A stretch of 47,572 bases of DNA from a virus (Duplodnaviria; Heunggongvirae; Uroviricota; Caudoviricetes), in the IMG/VR virus record IMGVR_UViG_3300025310_000004, positions 123,759 through 171,330 of that record. The stretch is one strand, 5' to 3'. Shown in pieces: positions 25,987 to 34,687 of the stretch. The translations under genes and the position numbers were made by a program. A model generated the notes under the pieces. It was not told where the DNA came from, ran no database searches, and saw nothing but the letters and a program-made list of their open reading frames with translations. Position 1 is the first letter of the stretch. Every line of letters begins with the position of its first letter.

Positions 25987-26015
25987 ATGGTAACCCAGAT
26001 GGTCAATGCCGTCTA
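25987..26015 (-). promoter_or_regulatory. Putative sigma-A-type promoter of endolysin
   Basis: TAGACG-17 nt-TACCAT upstream of RBS AAGGGAG. Confidence 0.4.
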
Positions 26016-26025
26016 GGATCGACAC

Positions 26026-26220
26026 CTAGTCGGGATCGACATGGAGGTGCAAGCGCCCCGCGGGAAACCGACCGGAATGGTGTGCGCTGAGGTGAGTTCG
26101 CCTCAGGTCGTCTGAGTCCATGGCGAACACAGACTCAGGTTCCCAGCCGTGCCAGTAGATGAGGTGCTTCTCAAGCGATGTCCACCCCACGGGGAGTGGA
26201 ATCACATCGACCTCGATCAA
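26026..26220 (-). CDS. Hypothetical protein (start uncertain)
   Basis: TTG start overlapping upstream stop; His-rich C-terminus. Confidence 0.4.
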   Translation of the reverse strand: MIEVDVIPLPVGWTSLEKHLIYWHGWEPESVFAMDSDDLRRTHLSAHHSGRFPAGRLHLHVDPD

Positions 26221-26447
26221 TTCGACCCCGCCCCCCTCAGGCGCTCCATGATCTCGGTGCAGCGCGGGCACACCGGGTAGCGCTCAGGGTCACGGCTCGG
26301 GACCCACACCTTGCCGCACAGTGCCTCGACGGGCGTGCCCTCGATGTAGGCGCGCATCTGGTCGTCCTTGCGGACGATGTGGGCCTCACGCGGCTCCTCA
26401 TCATCGAGAGCCGGATCGGAGGGACGGACATCGAGTTGTGTGCTCAT
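26217..26447 (-). CDS. DUF3039-like actinobacterial protein
   Basis: HIVRKD...GTPVEALCGKVWVPSRDP..YPVCP.C.EI; RBS AAGGAG. Confidence 0.8.
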   Translation of the reverse strand: MSTQLDVRPSDPALDDEEPREAHIVRKDDQMRAYIEGTPVEALCGKVWVPSRDPERYPVCPRCTEIMERLRGAGSN

Positions 26448-26481
26448 GGCGCTCCTTGGGAGTGGAGACGGTGGGGGGCCG

Positions 26482-27435
26482 TCAGCCCCCCACCGCCGCT
26501 TCGGGCAGCCCCTCAGACTCGGCCTGTCGGGTGAAGCCCATCCGTTCCACCGAGATGTGCCCCGGTGGGGTGTAGTTGGGATCGGTGATGATCTCCTCGT
26601 AGACATCGCCGCTCGGGGTCACCATGTAGGGGAACTCCTCGCGGTGTGCGCCGCCAGAGCGCCAGGTCAGGTTCCGCACGGGGCGGTTCTTGAGCCAGGC
26701 GTTCCACGCCTTGACGCCGACGGCCGCATACTCCTCGCGAGCACGCTTGGCCTTCTGAGCCGAGGCGTTCAGCAGCCAGCGCCGCAGGACGTTGATGGGA
26801 TCGTCCTCGGCGAGATTGGCACCGCTCTTGAGGTGCTGGATGAACTCGGCCGCATCGATGGGGCTGATGCGCCGCATCCGCATGAGGAACGGGCCACCGA
26901 CCGACATGGGGAACCGAAGCGGAGCCGAAGCGATCGGCTGCCACCCCTTGACACCATCGCGGATGTCGGGGTTGGCGTCGAGCCATGCCAGGCGCTCAGC
27001 GTTGGAGTGCTGCCTGCCGCGGTGGGCGGGCGTGCCAGCCTCGTCCCAGCACATCCCCGCCTCGATGGCGGATGCCAGCGATGCCGTTGAAGTCTCGCCA
27101 CGCCAGCGCAGGATGTCGGAGAAGGTGCGCTTGGCACCCACGTCCATCGCCACCTGGACATCGAGCGGAAGCCCGGTGATCACGATGGTGTGGAAGGCGA
27201 CCCCAGACTCGACGCAGGCGAGCAGCCGGTGCTGTCCGTCGATCAGATCACCTGTGGTGCTGATCTTGATGGCCTCGCCGTTGAGGAGCCACTCGCCGCG
27301 CTCCATGTCTCGGGCGTACTTGCGAACCACCTCGGAGCGAACCTTGCGGTTGTTGTTGTTCGACCGCAGGAGAATCTCAGCCTCCTGTGGCGTCACGAGT
27401 CGCACCTCGGTCTTGATCTCCGCCGTGGCGGTCAT
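26482..27435 (-). CDS. ParB-like (DGQHR) domain protein
   Basis: NR.V...YARDM..GEW..NGE.I..LIDGQHRL.A; own promoter. Confidence 0.8.
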   Translation of the reverse strand: MTATAEIKTEVRLVTPQEAEILLRSNNNNRKVRSEVVRKYARDMERGEWLLNGEAIKISTTGDLIDGQHRLLACVESGVAFHTIVITGLPLDVQVAMDVGAKRTFSDILRWRGETSTASLASAIEAGMCWDEAGTPAHRGRQHSNAERLAWLDANPDIRDGVKGWQPIASAPLRFPMSVGGPFLMRMRRISPIDAAEFIQHLKSGANLAEDDPINVLRRWLLNASAQKAKRAREEYAAVGVKAWNAWLKNRPVRNLTWRSGGAHREEFPYMVTPSGDVYEEIITDPNYTPPGHISVERMGFTRQAESEGLPEAAVGG

Positions 27436-27471
27436 GGCATCTCCTTCTCGGGTGTGTAGAACTAGGTCTAC

Positions 27472-27493
27472 ACCTTAGCAGATGGGTGTGACA
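27472..27493 (-). promoter_or_regulatory. Box-N8-(-10) phage promoter
   Basis: TGTCACAC ccatctgc TAAGGT. Confidence 0.8.
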
Positions 27494-27790
27494 TCACCCA
27501 GCGGCAACAGCAGGACCCTTGTCCAGAAGGATCATCGAGACTGCCATCCGGTCCCTCTTGCTGCGGCACCGGACGTTCAGGATGGCCGTCAGGCGCTCGT
27601 AGTCGGCCTCAGACACCTCGTAGTCCATGACGTTGAACGAGGCCCGTGGAAGGCGATCCCACTCGTCCATCGTCAACCCCAGCGCCTCGCGCCAGAACTC
27701 CAAGATGGCATGTCCCGGCTGCAGCACCCGAGAGCGATCCTCGATCGAGCGCCATTGGTGTTCGTTGAGGGTGAGCAGGGTGCGTTGCAT
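27494..27790 (-). CDS. Hypothetical protein
   Basis: Coupled to upstream gene. Confidence 0.5.
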   Translation of the reverse strand: MQRTLLTLNEHQWRSIEDRSRVLQPGHAILEFWREALGLTMDEWDRLPRASFNVMDYEVSEADYERLTAILNVRCRSKRDRMAVSMILLDKGPAVAAG

Positions 27791-28308
27791 CAGTCCCACA
27801 GCCCCCCGAACCACTCGGCGTAGAGCGGCATCATGGCCTTGAAGCGCTCGTGCCCGGCCTCATCGAAGTCATCGAGGTAGGCCAACTCACCGCGCCAGCC
27901 ATCCTCGAAGTAGGTCAGCATGGCCTTCCAGCGCTCGAACCCGTCGTCCCCGGTGAAGCCGATCTGGGCATCGATACGAGCGTTCTGCTCGGCGAACTTG
28001 GCGCGGTCCTCGTCGGAGTACCAGGGCTCGTCGGTTCCGTTGGTCAGCCCAGCGGGGTAGCCATGGGCGATCTCACGCAGACGGGAGAGCATCTCCACGT
28101 TGAGGCGAGCGATGTGGCCGTCCATGCCCCACAGATCGCAGTCGGACCAACCACGACGCCCGCGCTGGATGAACCAACGGACCTCGCGGGGGAATCGACG
28201 GAGGGGCTGGGCCACCTTCCATCGCCACTGCATGCTGGCCTTCTTCCAGATCGGCCACGCCTTGCGCTCTGCTTCGATGCGCTCGAACAGTTCCTCGACG
28301 TTTGACAT
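27790..28308 (-). CDS. Phage hypothetical protein, probably leaderless
   Basis: ATG 7 nt after -10 of promoter 28337; Trp-rich. Confidence 0.65.
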   Translation of the reverse strand: MSNVEELFERIEAERKAWPIWKKASMQWRWKVAQPLRRFPREVRWFIQRGRRGWSDCDLWGMDGHIARLNVEMLSRLREIAHGYPAGLTNGTDEPWYSDEDRAKFAEQNARIDAQIGFTGDDGFERWKAMLTYFEDGWRGELAYLDDFDEAGHERFKAMMPLYAEWFGGLWD

Positions 28309-28315
28309 AGGCGGC

Positions 28316-28337
28316 ATCTTAGCATGCGCCTGTGACA
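28316..28337 (-). promoter_or_regulatory. Box-N8-(-10) phage promoter
   Basis: TGTCACAG gcgcatgc TAAGAT. Confidence 0.75.
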
Positions 28338-28341
28338 CCTA

Positions 28342-28542
28342 TTATCGTCGGTTGAAAGGATCGCTGGTGCTCAGGTGAGAGCCGATGGCGACGAGAGCGA
28401 CACCAACGAGTCCGAAGAACAGGGGAGGGTTGACCCACTGATCGGTGCCGGTGGCCAATGAACCCCAGGTGGCCCACGCGATCGCCCCAAAGACGATCAT
28501 CAGCAGGCCAACCCCAACGCAGATCACCCCCAAAGCCTTCAT
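28342..28542 (-). CDS. Small two-TM membrane protein
   Basis: Two hydrophobic helices, 66 aa. Confidence 0.6.
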   Translation of the reverse strand: MKALGVICVGVGLLMIVFGAIAWATWGSLATGTDQWVNPPLFFGLVGVALVAIGSHLSTSDPFNRR

Positions 28543-28877
28543 GCTTCCGCCTCGTGCTCCTCGATCGCTTCCTGGTGTTCCCAGGTAAGCCTAGCGATGG
28601 TGGAGAGCGCTTTCGCTGGTGACGAATGGTCACCCGTGCAGTTCTCGGGGTCGTAGCAGTTCGCCGCAGCGATGTAGTCGTTGCAGGCTTCCACCAGATC
28701 GATCAGTCGCCCGGTGATCATGGACAGCCGATCCGAGGCGCACATGGTGGAGCGATCCTCAGGGGCACCAACGGCGTCAAGCAGGTCGTGGACGCGATCC
28801 AGGTCGCGGCCCATCAGCCACTCCTCGGTCGGAGTGGGAACTCCACCGAAGCCCTCAAGGGCACCGTCCTCACCCAT
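28539..28877 (-). CDS. Hypothetical protein
   Basis: RBS GAGGAG, overlaps neighbours. Confidence 0.55.
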   Translation of the reverse strand: MGEDGALEGFGGVPTPTEEWLMGRDLDRVHDLLDAVGAPEDRSTMCASDRLSMITGRLIDLVEACNDYIAAANCYDPENCTGDHSSPAKALSTIARLTWEHQEAIEEHEAEA

Positions 28878-29292
28878 CCTCGTACTCCTCCTCGGGGACC
28901 CAGGTGGACAGGTCGAACATGTGGTTGTTGAGTTCGACCATGGCGTTGGCCTGGTCGATCGGGTTGGATGCGTTCTTGAAGCGCTCCCAGGCGCGCACCG
29001 CCGAAGCGGCGGCATCGCCCGCAGCCGGATCGATCACCACCTCATCGCCAGGGATGAGCGTCAGGCGAGCCTCGTCGTTGGTGGAGAACTTCAACTCCAC
29101 GCTGCGGTTGGGGAAGTAGACCGCATCGGGTCGAGGGATGCTGAACTCGATGTCGGGATCGACGTAGCGAGCCTGGACTTCCAGGCGCGTGCGGGGCCGC
29201 TTGTTGTCGGCCTCCCAACGCATCCTGGTGCCGTCGTCGGCCTCGATGATCGCGGTGATCTTGGTGATGACGGGCGGTGGATCGGACATCAT
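28870..29292 (-). CDS. Hypothetical protein
   Basis: ATGA coupling. Confidence 0.55.
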   Translation of the reverse strand: MMSDPPPVITKITAIIEADDGTRMRWEADNKRPRTRLEVQARYVDPDIEFSIPRPDAVYFPNRSVELKFSTNDEARLTLIPGDEVVIDPAAGDAAASAVRAWERFKNASNPIDQANAMVELNNHMFDLSTWVPEEEYEDG

Positions 29293-29909
29293 GTCGGAAC
29301 CACCACGTCGTCCTCCACGGGCACCCCGAGGCTCTCGGCCAGGTCGGTGATCCAGCCGCGCCGACCGTTGGTGCGCTCGATCTCCTCGGCCATCGACTTG
29401 GTGTGGTAGCGGATGTCGCGCTCGGCACTCTCGATCTTCTCGGCCCGGTACTCGTCGGCCGTCTTGCGAACAGGGGGGTCCCACACCGAGCAGTCGAAGC
29501 GGATGGACTCCTCCAACTGCTGGATCATGAACTCCTTGAGGCCCTCGTGCTCGGCGGTCGGCGGGACCCAGCCCATCACGTCGGCCAGCATGTTGCGGTA
29601 GCGCTCCTCGCGGTCGCGCTTGTCCTTCTCGGCCTTCTTCCAGGCATCGAGCGCAGCGAGGTAGGACTCCTCGGCCTCGATCTCGACCAACTCGGCGGGC
29701 ATTCCACGGAAGCGATCGAGTTCGTTCTGGGCCTGCGCCAGCCGCTCAGCGCTGTAGTCGGTGCTGGGCTTTGGCAGGCGCAGAGGGGCGTCCCATGGAT
29801 CGTCGCGCTGCATGATGGTCGCGCCGAAGGCACGGGCGCACTGCAGCACGAACTGCTCGAAGGTCTGAGGCTTGCCGTCGTAGAGTTCTGAGGTGTATCC
29901 GCTGGGCAT
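29289..29909 (-). CDS. Conserved phage coiled-coil protein
   Basis: MPSGYT..FVLQCARAFGA motif; RBS ACGAAAGGAG. Confidence 0.7.
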   Translation of the reverse strand: MPSGYTSELYDGKPQTFEQFVLQCARAFGATIMQRDDPWDAPLRLPKPSTDYSAERLAQAQNELDRFRGMPAELVEIEAEESYLAALDAWKKAEKDKRDREERYRNMLADVMGWVPPTAEHEGLKEFMIQQLEESIRFDCSVWDPPVRKTADEYRAEKIESAERDIRYHTKSMAEEIERTNGRRGWITDLAESLGVPVEDDVVVPT

Positions 29910-29925
29910 GATGGTGCTCCTTTCG

Positions 29926-30270
29926 TTACGCGAGGCCGCAGGCTGCAGCGACGCTGGGGTACTTGATGTGCCACTCGCTGTAGAGCATCCAGCGAGCGGG
30001 CGGCAGGATCGATCCGTCTCCGGCTTGGAGGCCGAACCACTGCACCAACTGCAGGGGATCGTCCATGTCGTACCAACGGTGATGGCAGATGTCGTGCATC
30101 TGCACGGGGTCGATCCCGAAGTGCTCACGGACGTAGGCGAGCATCTCGCGTTCGGTGCCCTCCTCGACCCATCGGCGCAGGTCACCGTTGGACTGACGCA
30201 TCTGAGCGTCGCCAACCCAATAGGTGTGCTTGACGCTCTTGGGGATGATCGTCGTCTCAGTGTCAGACAC
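29926..30270 (-). CDS. Hypothetical protein
   Basis: GTG with RBS GGAGG. Confidence 0.55.
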   Translation of the reverse strand: MSDTETTIIPKSVKHTYWVGDAQMRQSNGDLRRWVEEGTEREMLAYVREHFGIDPVQMHDICHHRWYDMDDPLQLVQWFGLQAGDGSILPPARWMLYSEWHIKYPSVAAACGLA

Positions 30271-30568
30271 CGGCCACCTCCTGCATCTGGCCCACGATCT
30301 TGCGAGCAAGCGCACGGGCATCACCCTCGGCCCCGAAGAAGCCGATGCGGTGGATCACGTTGGTGCGGGAGTCCTTGACGCTCACTCCCCAGGTCAGTTG
30401 ATCGAGGAAGGCGTGATGGGTGAGCAGGTAGGGAGGCCACGGCTCGACTACCTTGAGTTCGCCGACGCGGCTGGCGCAGATGGCCAAGCCGTCGCCGAGG
30501 GCAACCCAGATGTTGCGGGCGTAGTAGGCGTGGGCGATGTCCTCGTGGTCGCAGTAGTGAGTCACCAC
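30263..30568 (-). CDS. Hypothetical protein
   Basis: RBS GAGGAGG; overlaps neighbours. Confidence 0.55.
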   Translation of the reverse strand: MVTHYCDHEDIAHAYYARNIWVALGDGLAICASRVGELKVVEPWPPYLLTHHAFLDQLTWGVSVKDSRTNVIHRIGFFGAEGDARALARKIVGQMQEVAGV

Positions 30569-30996
30569 GCCTCCTCATCGAGAACGGCCCACGAGGCGCA
30601 ACCAACGTCGTGGCCAGCCGGGGCCTTGCAGGTGCAGGCTTCCCAGGCCGCCGCCTCTCGGGTCTTGCGATCGGACTCGCGACGCTTGAGGGAGTCCAAC
30701 TCGCGTCGAGCCGCACCATCGCGGTGGGCAACATGGCCGAGCGCCTCGGCGCGCATCCGCTCCACGGCATCGGCGAGGAACATCTTGCGACGGTTCGACA
30801 GCGACTTGAGGTCGAGAGCCTGAGCCTCGATCACGCGGGCGTTGTAGGCCAGCGACTCACGCAGACGCTCGATCTCTCGGGCCGCCACGCGCATGAGTTC
30901 TGCATCGCCAAGGAGGAGAACATCGTCGCCGTCCAAGACATCGATGGCATTGGCGTGTTCAAGGAGTCGCTCGGGGAGGTTGGCGAAGTCGATCAT
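30562..30996 (-). CDS. Hypothetical protein with C-terminal CxC..H..C motif
   Basis: Coupled to upstream gene. Confidence 0.55.
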   Translation of the reverse strand: MIDFANLPERLLEHANAIDVLDGDDVLLLGDAELMRVAAREIERLRESLAYNARVIEAQALDLKSLSNRRKMFLADAVERMRAEALGHVAHRDGAARRELDSLKRRESDRKTREAAAWEACTCKAPAGHDVGCASWAVLDEEAW

Positions 30997-31223
30997 CACC
31001 GGCTCCCGTTCATGCAGGCCGGGTCGTCGGGGACCGTGTAGCGCTGGTAGTTGTCGGAGTAGGCGTCGTACTCGCGGTAGATGCCCGTGGTGCCCTTGCA
31101 CTCGATCAGGCCCGTACCGGGAATCTTGCCGCCACTGAGCACGAAGATCGCGATGATGACGATGATCACCACGATGATGCCGATGCCTCCGATGTCGGTC
31201 GTTCTGCTGCGATGAAGTCTCAT
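30996..31223 (-). CDS. Small membrane/exported protein
   Basis: Strong TM helix; promoter 31272 and RBS ACGAAAGGAG. Confidence 0.65.
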   Translation of the reverse strand: MRLHRSRTTDIGGIGIIVVIIVIIAIFVLSGGKIPGTGLIECKGTTGIYREYDAYSDNYQRYTVPDDPACMNGSR

Positions 31224-31250
31224 GGTTGGCTCCTTTCGTCGGGGACCCAC

Positions 31251-31272
31251 ACCATAGCATGTCGGTGTGACA
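31251..31272 (-). promoter_or_regulatory. Box-N8-(-10) phage promoter
   Basis: TGTCACAC cgacatgc TATGGT. Confidence 0.8.
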
Positions 31273-31280
31273 CCCTATGG

Positions 31281-31556
31281 TCAGAAGCCCCCCTGAGGGG
31301 GGAATGGGCCGTAGCCACCAGCAACGAGGTCATCGTGGAAAGCCGCCATCTCGTTCGAGAGGGACTGCTGCAGCCACTCGTAGTGCAACTGCGTCAGACG
31401 CTCGCAGTGACGAGCACACAGGTAGAGGTACTGCGCGGCCCGGCAGGTCACACACATCAGGCTGGGGTTGGAGTGGAAGTGGCAGCGAAGGCCCTTCTCG
31501 CACATGGCGTGGAGGTCTTGGATGAGGTCGGCGTAGGGACCCTCGTCGTCACTCAC
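31281..31556 (-). CDS. Cys-rich hypothetical protein
   Basis: GTGA overlap; CxxC. Confidence 0.5.
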   Translation of the reverse strand: MSDDEGPYADLIQDLHAMCEKGLRCHFHSNPSLMCVTCRAAQYLYLCARHCERLTQLHYEWLQQSLSNEMAAFHDDLVAGGYGPFPPQGGF

Positions 31557-31840
31557 AGCGACACCTCGCGCCGCTGCCCATCAGTGGCGATGTAGGTGAT
31601 TGACACCATCTCGTCGGGCCGGAACACGTCGATGGTCTGCTCGATGCGCCATCCATCCTCCACGTCAACGAAGTCCACGAGCCGCCAGACGGGAGTGTCC
31701 TCGCTGGGGCGCAAGAGCATGTGGCCGGTGATCAGCCGTGGCTCCTGCGTGGAGGTCCTCACCTCCCAGGTGTGCCGCGGGATGTCCTCGATGGCAACAG
31801 GGGCCACATGGGCCTCGTTGTAGTCGTGGGCATTACTCAC
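31553..31840 (-). CDS. Hypothetical protein
   Basis: Overlaps neighbours. Confidence 0.5.
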   Translation of the reverse strand: MSNAHDYNEAHVAPVAIEDIPRHTWEVRTSTQEPRLITGHMLLRPSEDTPVWRLVDFVDVEDGWRIEQTIDVFRPDEMVSITYIATDGQRREVSL

Positions 31841-32003
31841 CGTCGTACCCCCGGTAGATCAACTGCATGGCGCAGGTGGTGCCGCTGCCGACGTGGCAGG
31901 CCCAGCCGATCCCCACCTTGGTCATCTGGTGCTCGGGGCGCTCGGTTCCACACCGGACGCAGGTGTGCGTGGCCGCCGATGCGGCCGTCATCGTGTCGTT
32001 CAT
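31833..32003 (-). CDS. Small zinc-finger protein, probably leaderless
   Basis: CVRCG..C..C; ATG 7 nt after -10 of promoter 32032. Confidence 0.55.
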   Translation of the reverse strand: MNDTMTAASAATHTCVRCGTERPEHQMTKVGIGWACHVGSGTTCAMQLIYRGYDGE

Positions 32004-32010
32004 GGTGGAC

Positions 32011-32032
32011 ACCATACCTCTTGCCTGCGACA
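32011..32032 (-). promoter_or_regulatory. Box-N8-(-10) phage promoter (leftward of divergent pair)
   Basis: TGTCGCAG gcaagagg TATGGT. Confidence 0.75.
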
Positions 32033-32040
32033 TCGGCCGA

Positions 32041-32062
32041 TGTCGCACCCGCCTGCTAGTGT
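32041..32062 (+). promoter_or_regulatory. Box-N8-(-10) phage promoter (rightward of divergent pair)
   Basis: TGTCGCAC ccgcctgc TAGTGT. Confidence 0.8.
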
Positions 32063-32096
32063 TGCTCACGTTCGACACCAACGAAAGGAGAACATC

Positions 32097-32375
32097 ATGG
32101 ACCACCAGGAAGTGACAGACCGACTCATCGACCACATGATCACGCGACAGGAGGAGCGTCGCCGGGCCATCGCCAACGGGCTACGCCGCCTGGCTGACGA
32201 CGTGGATGCGGCCGACCCCCGCAAGGACCTCCGCACCCTGCGCGTCAACTACGGCGCTCAGGCCAAGGACATCCTCCACATCGTGTTCTGGGGGATCGCC
32301 AACCTCAACATCGACGGGTTCGTTGGTGAGGCGGCCGAACTCGATGTCCTGGTCGCCCAGGAGGACAACTCGTGA
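32097..32375 (+). CDS. Hypothetical protein, first gene of rightward arm
   Basis: Promoter 32041, RBS ACGAAAGGAG. Confidence 0.65.
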   Translation: MDHQEVTDRLIDHMITRQEERRRAIANGLRRLADDVDAADPRKDLRTLRVNYGAQAKDILHIVFWGIANLNIDGFVGEAAELDVLVAQEDNS

Positions 32376-32962
32376 GCGTCCCGCCCCCCAACGCGATCCA
32401 CTGCTTCGAGTGCTTCGAGATCACCATGGTGGATCACCCCACCTTCGACACTGAGTGCCCCGTCTGCCGGGACTACGGCCGCGAGGACGTGTGGTGCCAT
32501 GAGGTCGTTACGGTGTTGCCGTGCCCCAACGGCGAGGACGGCTGCGAGAGCGACTTCTGCAACCACCGCGGCCTCCACACGATCAACGAGGACGAGGCCG
32601 AGGAGGCCATCGAGGGCCTCGACTACGGGATGCCCGTCTCGCTGCCCCCGGCGTGCGCCAAGCCGTGCAAGGAATGCCCCTGGCGACGCGAGTCCGCTGG
32701 TGGTTGGTTGGGTCCATGGACCGCCGAGGAGTGGGTTGCCCTGGCCAACAGTGACGAGGCCATCGCCTGCCACACCACCATCGAGATCGATGGCGTCTGG
32801 ACGGCGCGCACCAAGCAGTGCGCTGGCGCTGCGTCGTACCGCAAGGCCACCGGCAAGGTGCCCCGTGACCGTCAGGTCGCCTGCGGCCCCGTGCAGGACA
32901 ACTGCTTCACCAACCGAGTCGAGTTCCTCGACCATCACACCAGGATCGGAGCATCCCGATGA
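32372..32962 (+). CDS. Cys-rich hypothetical protein (DUF6283-like C-terminus)
   Basis: PC..CPWR..ACH..QCAGA. Confidence 0.6.
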   Translation: MSVPPPNAIHCFECFEITMVDHPTFDTECPVCRDYGREDVWCHEVVTVLPCPNGEDGCESDFCNHRGLHTINEDEAEEAIEGLDYGMPVSLPPACAKPCKECPWRRESAGGWLGPWTAEEWVALANSDEAIACHTTIEIDGVWTARTKQCAGAASYRKATGKVPRDRQVACGPVQDNCFTNRVEFLDHHTRIGASR

Positions 32963-33144
32963 GCAAGACCTACGAGGCCACCATCACCGAGACGCGCGAG
33001 GTGGTGTTCACCTTCACCGATGACGACATCGAGGGTGACGACACCCCTGAGGTTGCCGCCGGGGAGTTGGCGTTCATGCAACCCGATAGCGCCTGGGATG
33101 AGGTGGACTTCGACGTGACGGTCCGCGAGGTTCCGCCGTCATGA
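32959..33144 (+). CDS. Hypothetical acidic protein
   Basis: ATGA coupling. Confidence 0.55.
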   Translation: MSKTYEATITETREVVFTFTDDDIEGDDTPEVAAGELAFMQPDSAWDEVDFDVTVREVPPS

Positions 33145-33317
33145 AGTTCGTGATCCGCCACGCTGGCTTCTTCTACTCCGGCTTGATCTACGCCGGGGTG
33201 TGGGTGCTGCTCCCAGACGTTCACTACATCCGTCGTGGGATCGGGTCCATCCTCATCGCCCTCGGTGTGCTCATCGCCGTGGCTGGCTGGGAGGCCGATC
33301 GTGGCCGCCGCCACTGA
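33141..33317 (+). CDS. 58-aa membrane protein (not in ORF track)
   Basis: MKFVIRHAGFFYSGLIYAGVWVLL...ILIALGVLIAVAGW; ATGA coupling fills the gap. Confidence 0.55.
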   Translation: MKFVIRHAGFFYSGLIYAGVWVLLPDVHYIRRGIGSILIALGVLIAVAGWEADRGRRH

Positions 33318-33813
33318 GCGCCGCGTCCAGGTCATCTTCGGCCCCGAACCAGACGATGAGCGCGATGGTCCCGTCATCCCACCATGGGTCGCGGCTTCCG
33401 CCGACTGCTCCGGCAACTACGGGCGTCGTGACACCATGTGGTGGGAGGTGGAGGACACCGAGCGTCGCACCGTCCCCGACGTGGATGGGGTGCGAGAGTC
33501 ATTCCCCAACTCGGTGACCGTCGAGACACCCGTGCGAGACAACGACCGGGACATCGCTCTCGACTTCATCGCCATCTCTCTCGCCCAGCATCTCCACGAG
33601 TTGCTCGAATGGGTGCAGGTGGACGGCAAGCGCATCGCCCTACCTCACCCCGAGAACAGCATGGTCACCGACCTGATCCCCGATCGTGACGCCAACGGCA
33701 AGATCGATGCCTGGGGCTATTGGGATTGGTCGATCACCAAGATGCGGTCAGTGGTCAATGCTTACTGCCGCCGCTACCCGCCGTCCAAGGAGGACACGCT
33801 TCATGACCGCTGA
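33301..33813 (+). CDS. Hypothetical protein
   Basis: GTG with RBS GGGAGG. Confidence 0.55.
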   Translation: MAAATERRVQVIFGPEPDDERDGPVIPPWVAASADCSGNYGRRDTMWWEVEDTERRTVPDVDGVRESFPNSVTVETPVRDNDRDIALDFIAISLAQHLHELLEWVQVDGKRIALPHPENSMVTDLIPDRDANGKIDAWGYWDWSITKMRSVVNAYCRRYPPSKEDTLHDR

Positions 33814-34141
33814 ATGGGGAGTCCCGACACCATCGGGCCACGTCTACCGCGTCCCGACCACCTACGCCGACGCCCGCGAGCGAGTCAACGACTTCGCCCA
33901 GGGTGAGATCGAGTCATGGGACGACGCCGAGCGCTGTCCTGAGCCGACCTGGGAGATCGTCGGCCGCCTGCTCGATGAGATCGAGCGCCAGCGCATTGTG
34001 GTTGCCACCGTGCGTTCGGAGTGGGCTGAGGCGGGAGTTCGCTGCACCGACATCGACAGAGGGATGGATCGTTGGTACGCCGGAGGGATCGATGCTCTGG
34101 CCGACGTTGCCAAGCGGTTCGAGGAGTCTGACTGTGGCTAG
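33803..34141 (+). CDS. Hypothetical protein
   Basis: RBS AAGGAGG. Confidence 0.55.
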   Translation: MTAEWGVPTPSGHVYRVPTTYADARERVNDFAQGEIESWDDAERCPEPTWEIVGRLLDEIERQRIVVATVRSEWAEAGVRCTDIDRGMDRWYAGGIDALADVAKRFEESDCG

Positions 34142-34421
34142 CCCACACATCTCCATCTGGTCGTTCTACGACGCCCCCGAGGAGTACCGGGCGCTCTCGC
34201 GCCATGGAGGCGACGAGGACTTCGTGACCCACATCCCCGCCGAGTTGGTCGAGGGCTATCGCGAGTGGACCGACGAGTATTACGGCACGCCTGAGTGCGA
34301 GTTGTCGCTCAAGGTCGGCCTGTACCGCCTTGAGGACCTGATCTATCGCCTCGGGGTGTGCGACACCTCCTACCACCGCTTGTCCAACGGGGACTTCATC
34401 GCGATCGGAGCGCACGCGTGA
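34134..34421 (+). CDS. Hypothetical protein
   Basis: RBS GAGGAG. Confidence 0.55.
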   Translation: MASPHISIWSFYDAPEEYRALSRHGGDEDFVTHIPAELVEGYREWTDEYYGTPECELSLKVGLYRLEDLIYRLGVCDTSYHRLSNGDFIAIGAHA

Positions 34422-34687
34422 GCGACATCATCTTCACCACCTACAGCGACGACTGCGCCTCGATCAAGGGCCGCAACAACGTCGATGAGTCGGCCCTGTG
34501 GGGCCATTGGTGGCCGCTGGTCGTGGACGGCAAGCAGGTCGGCTCAGTGATGGTGGACTACGGCGACGGCTGGGAGTTCCATCTGCGCCCGCTCAAGGGC
34601 ACCACGATCGACGTGATCGATGACCCGGCCCTGCTCCCCGAGGACGTTCGGTCGGCGTGGTGGGAGGACGACGACGCCGAGGAGTGA
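34418..34687 (+). CDS. Hypothetical protein
   Basis: GTGA coupling. Confidence 0.55.
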   Translation: MSDIIFTTYSDDCASIKGRNNVDESALWGHWWPLVVDGKQVGSVMVDYGDGWEFHLRPLKGTTIDVIDDPALLPEDVRSAWWEDDDAEE

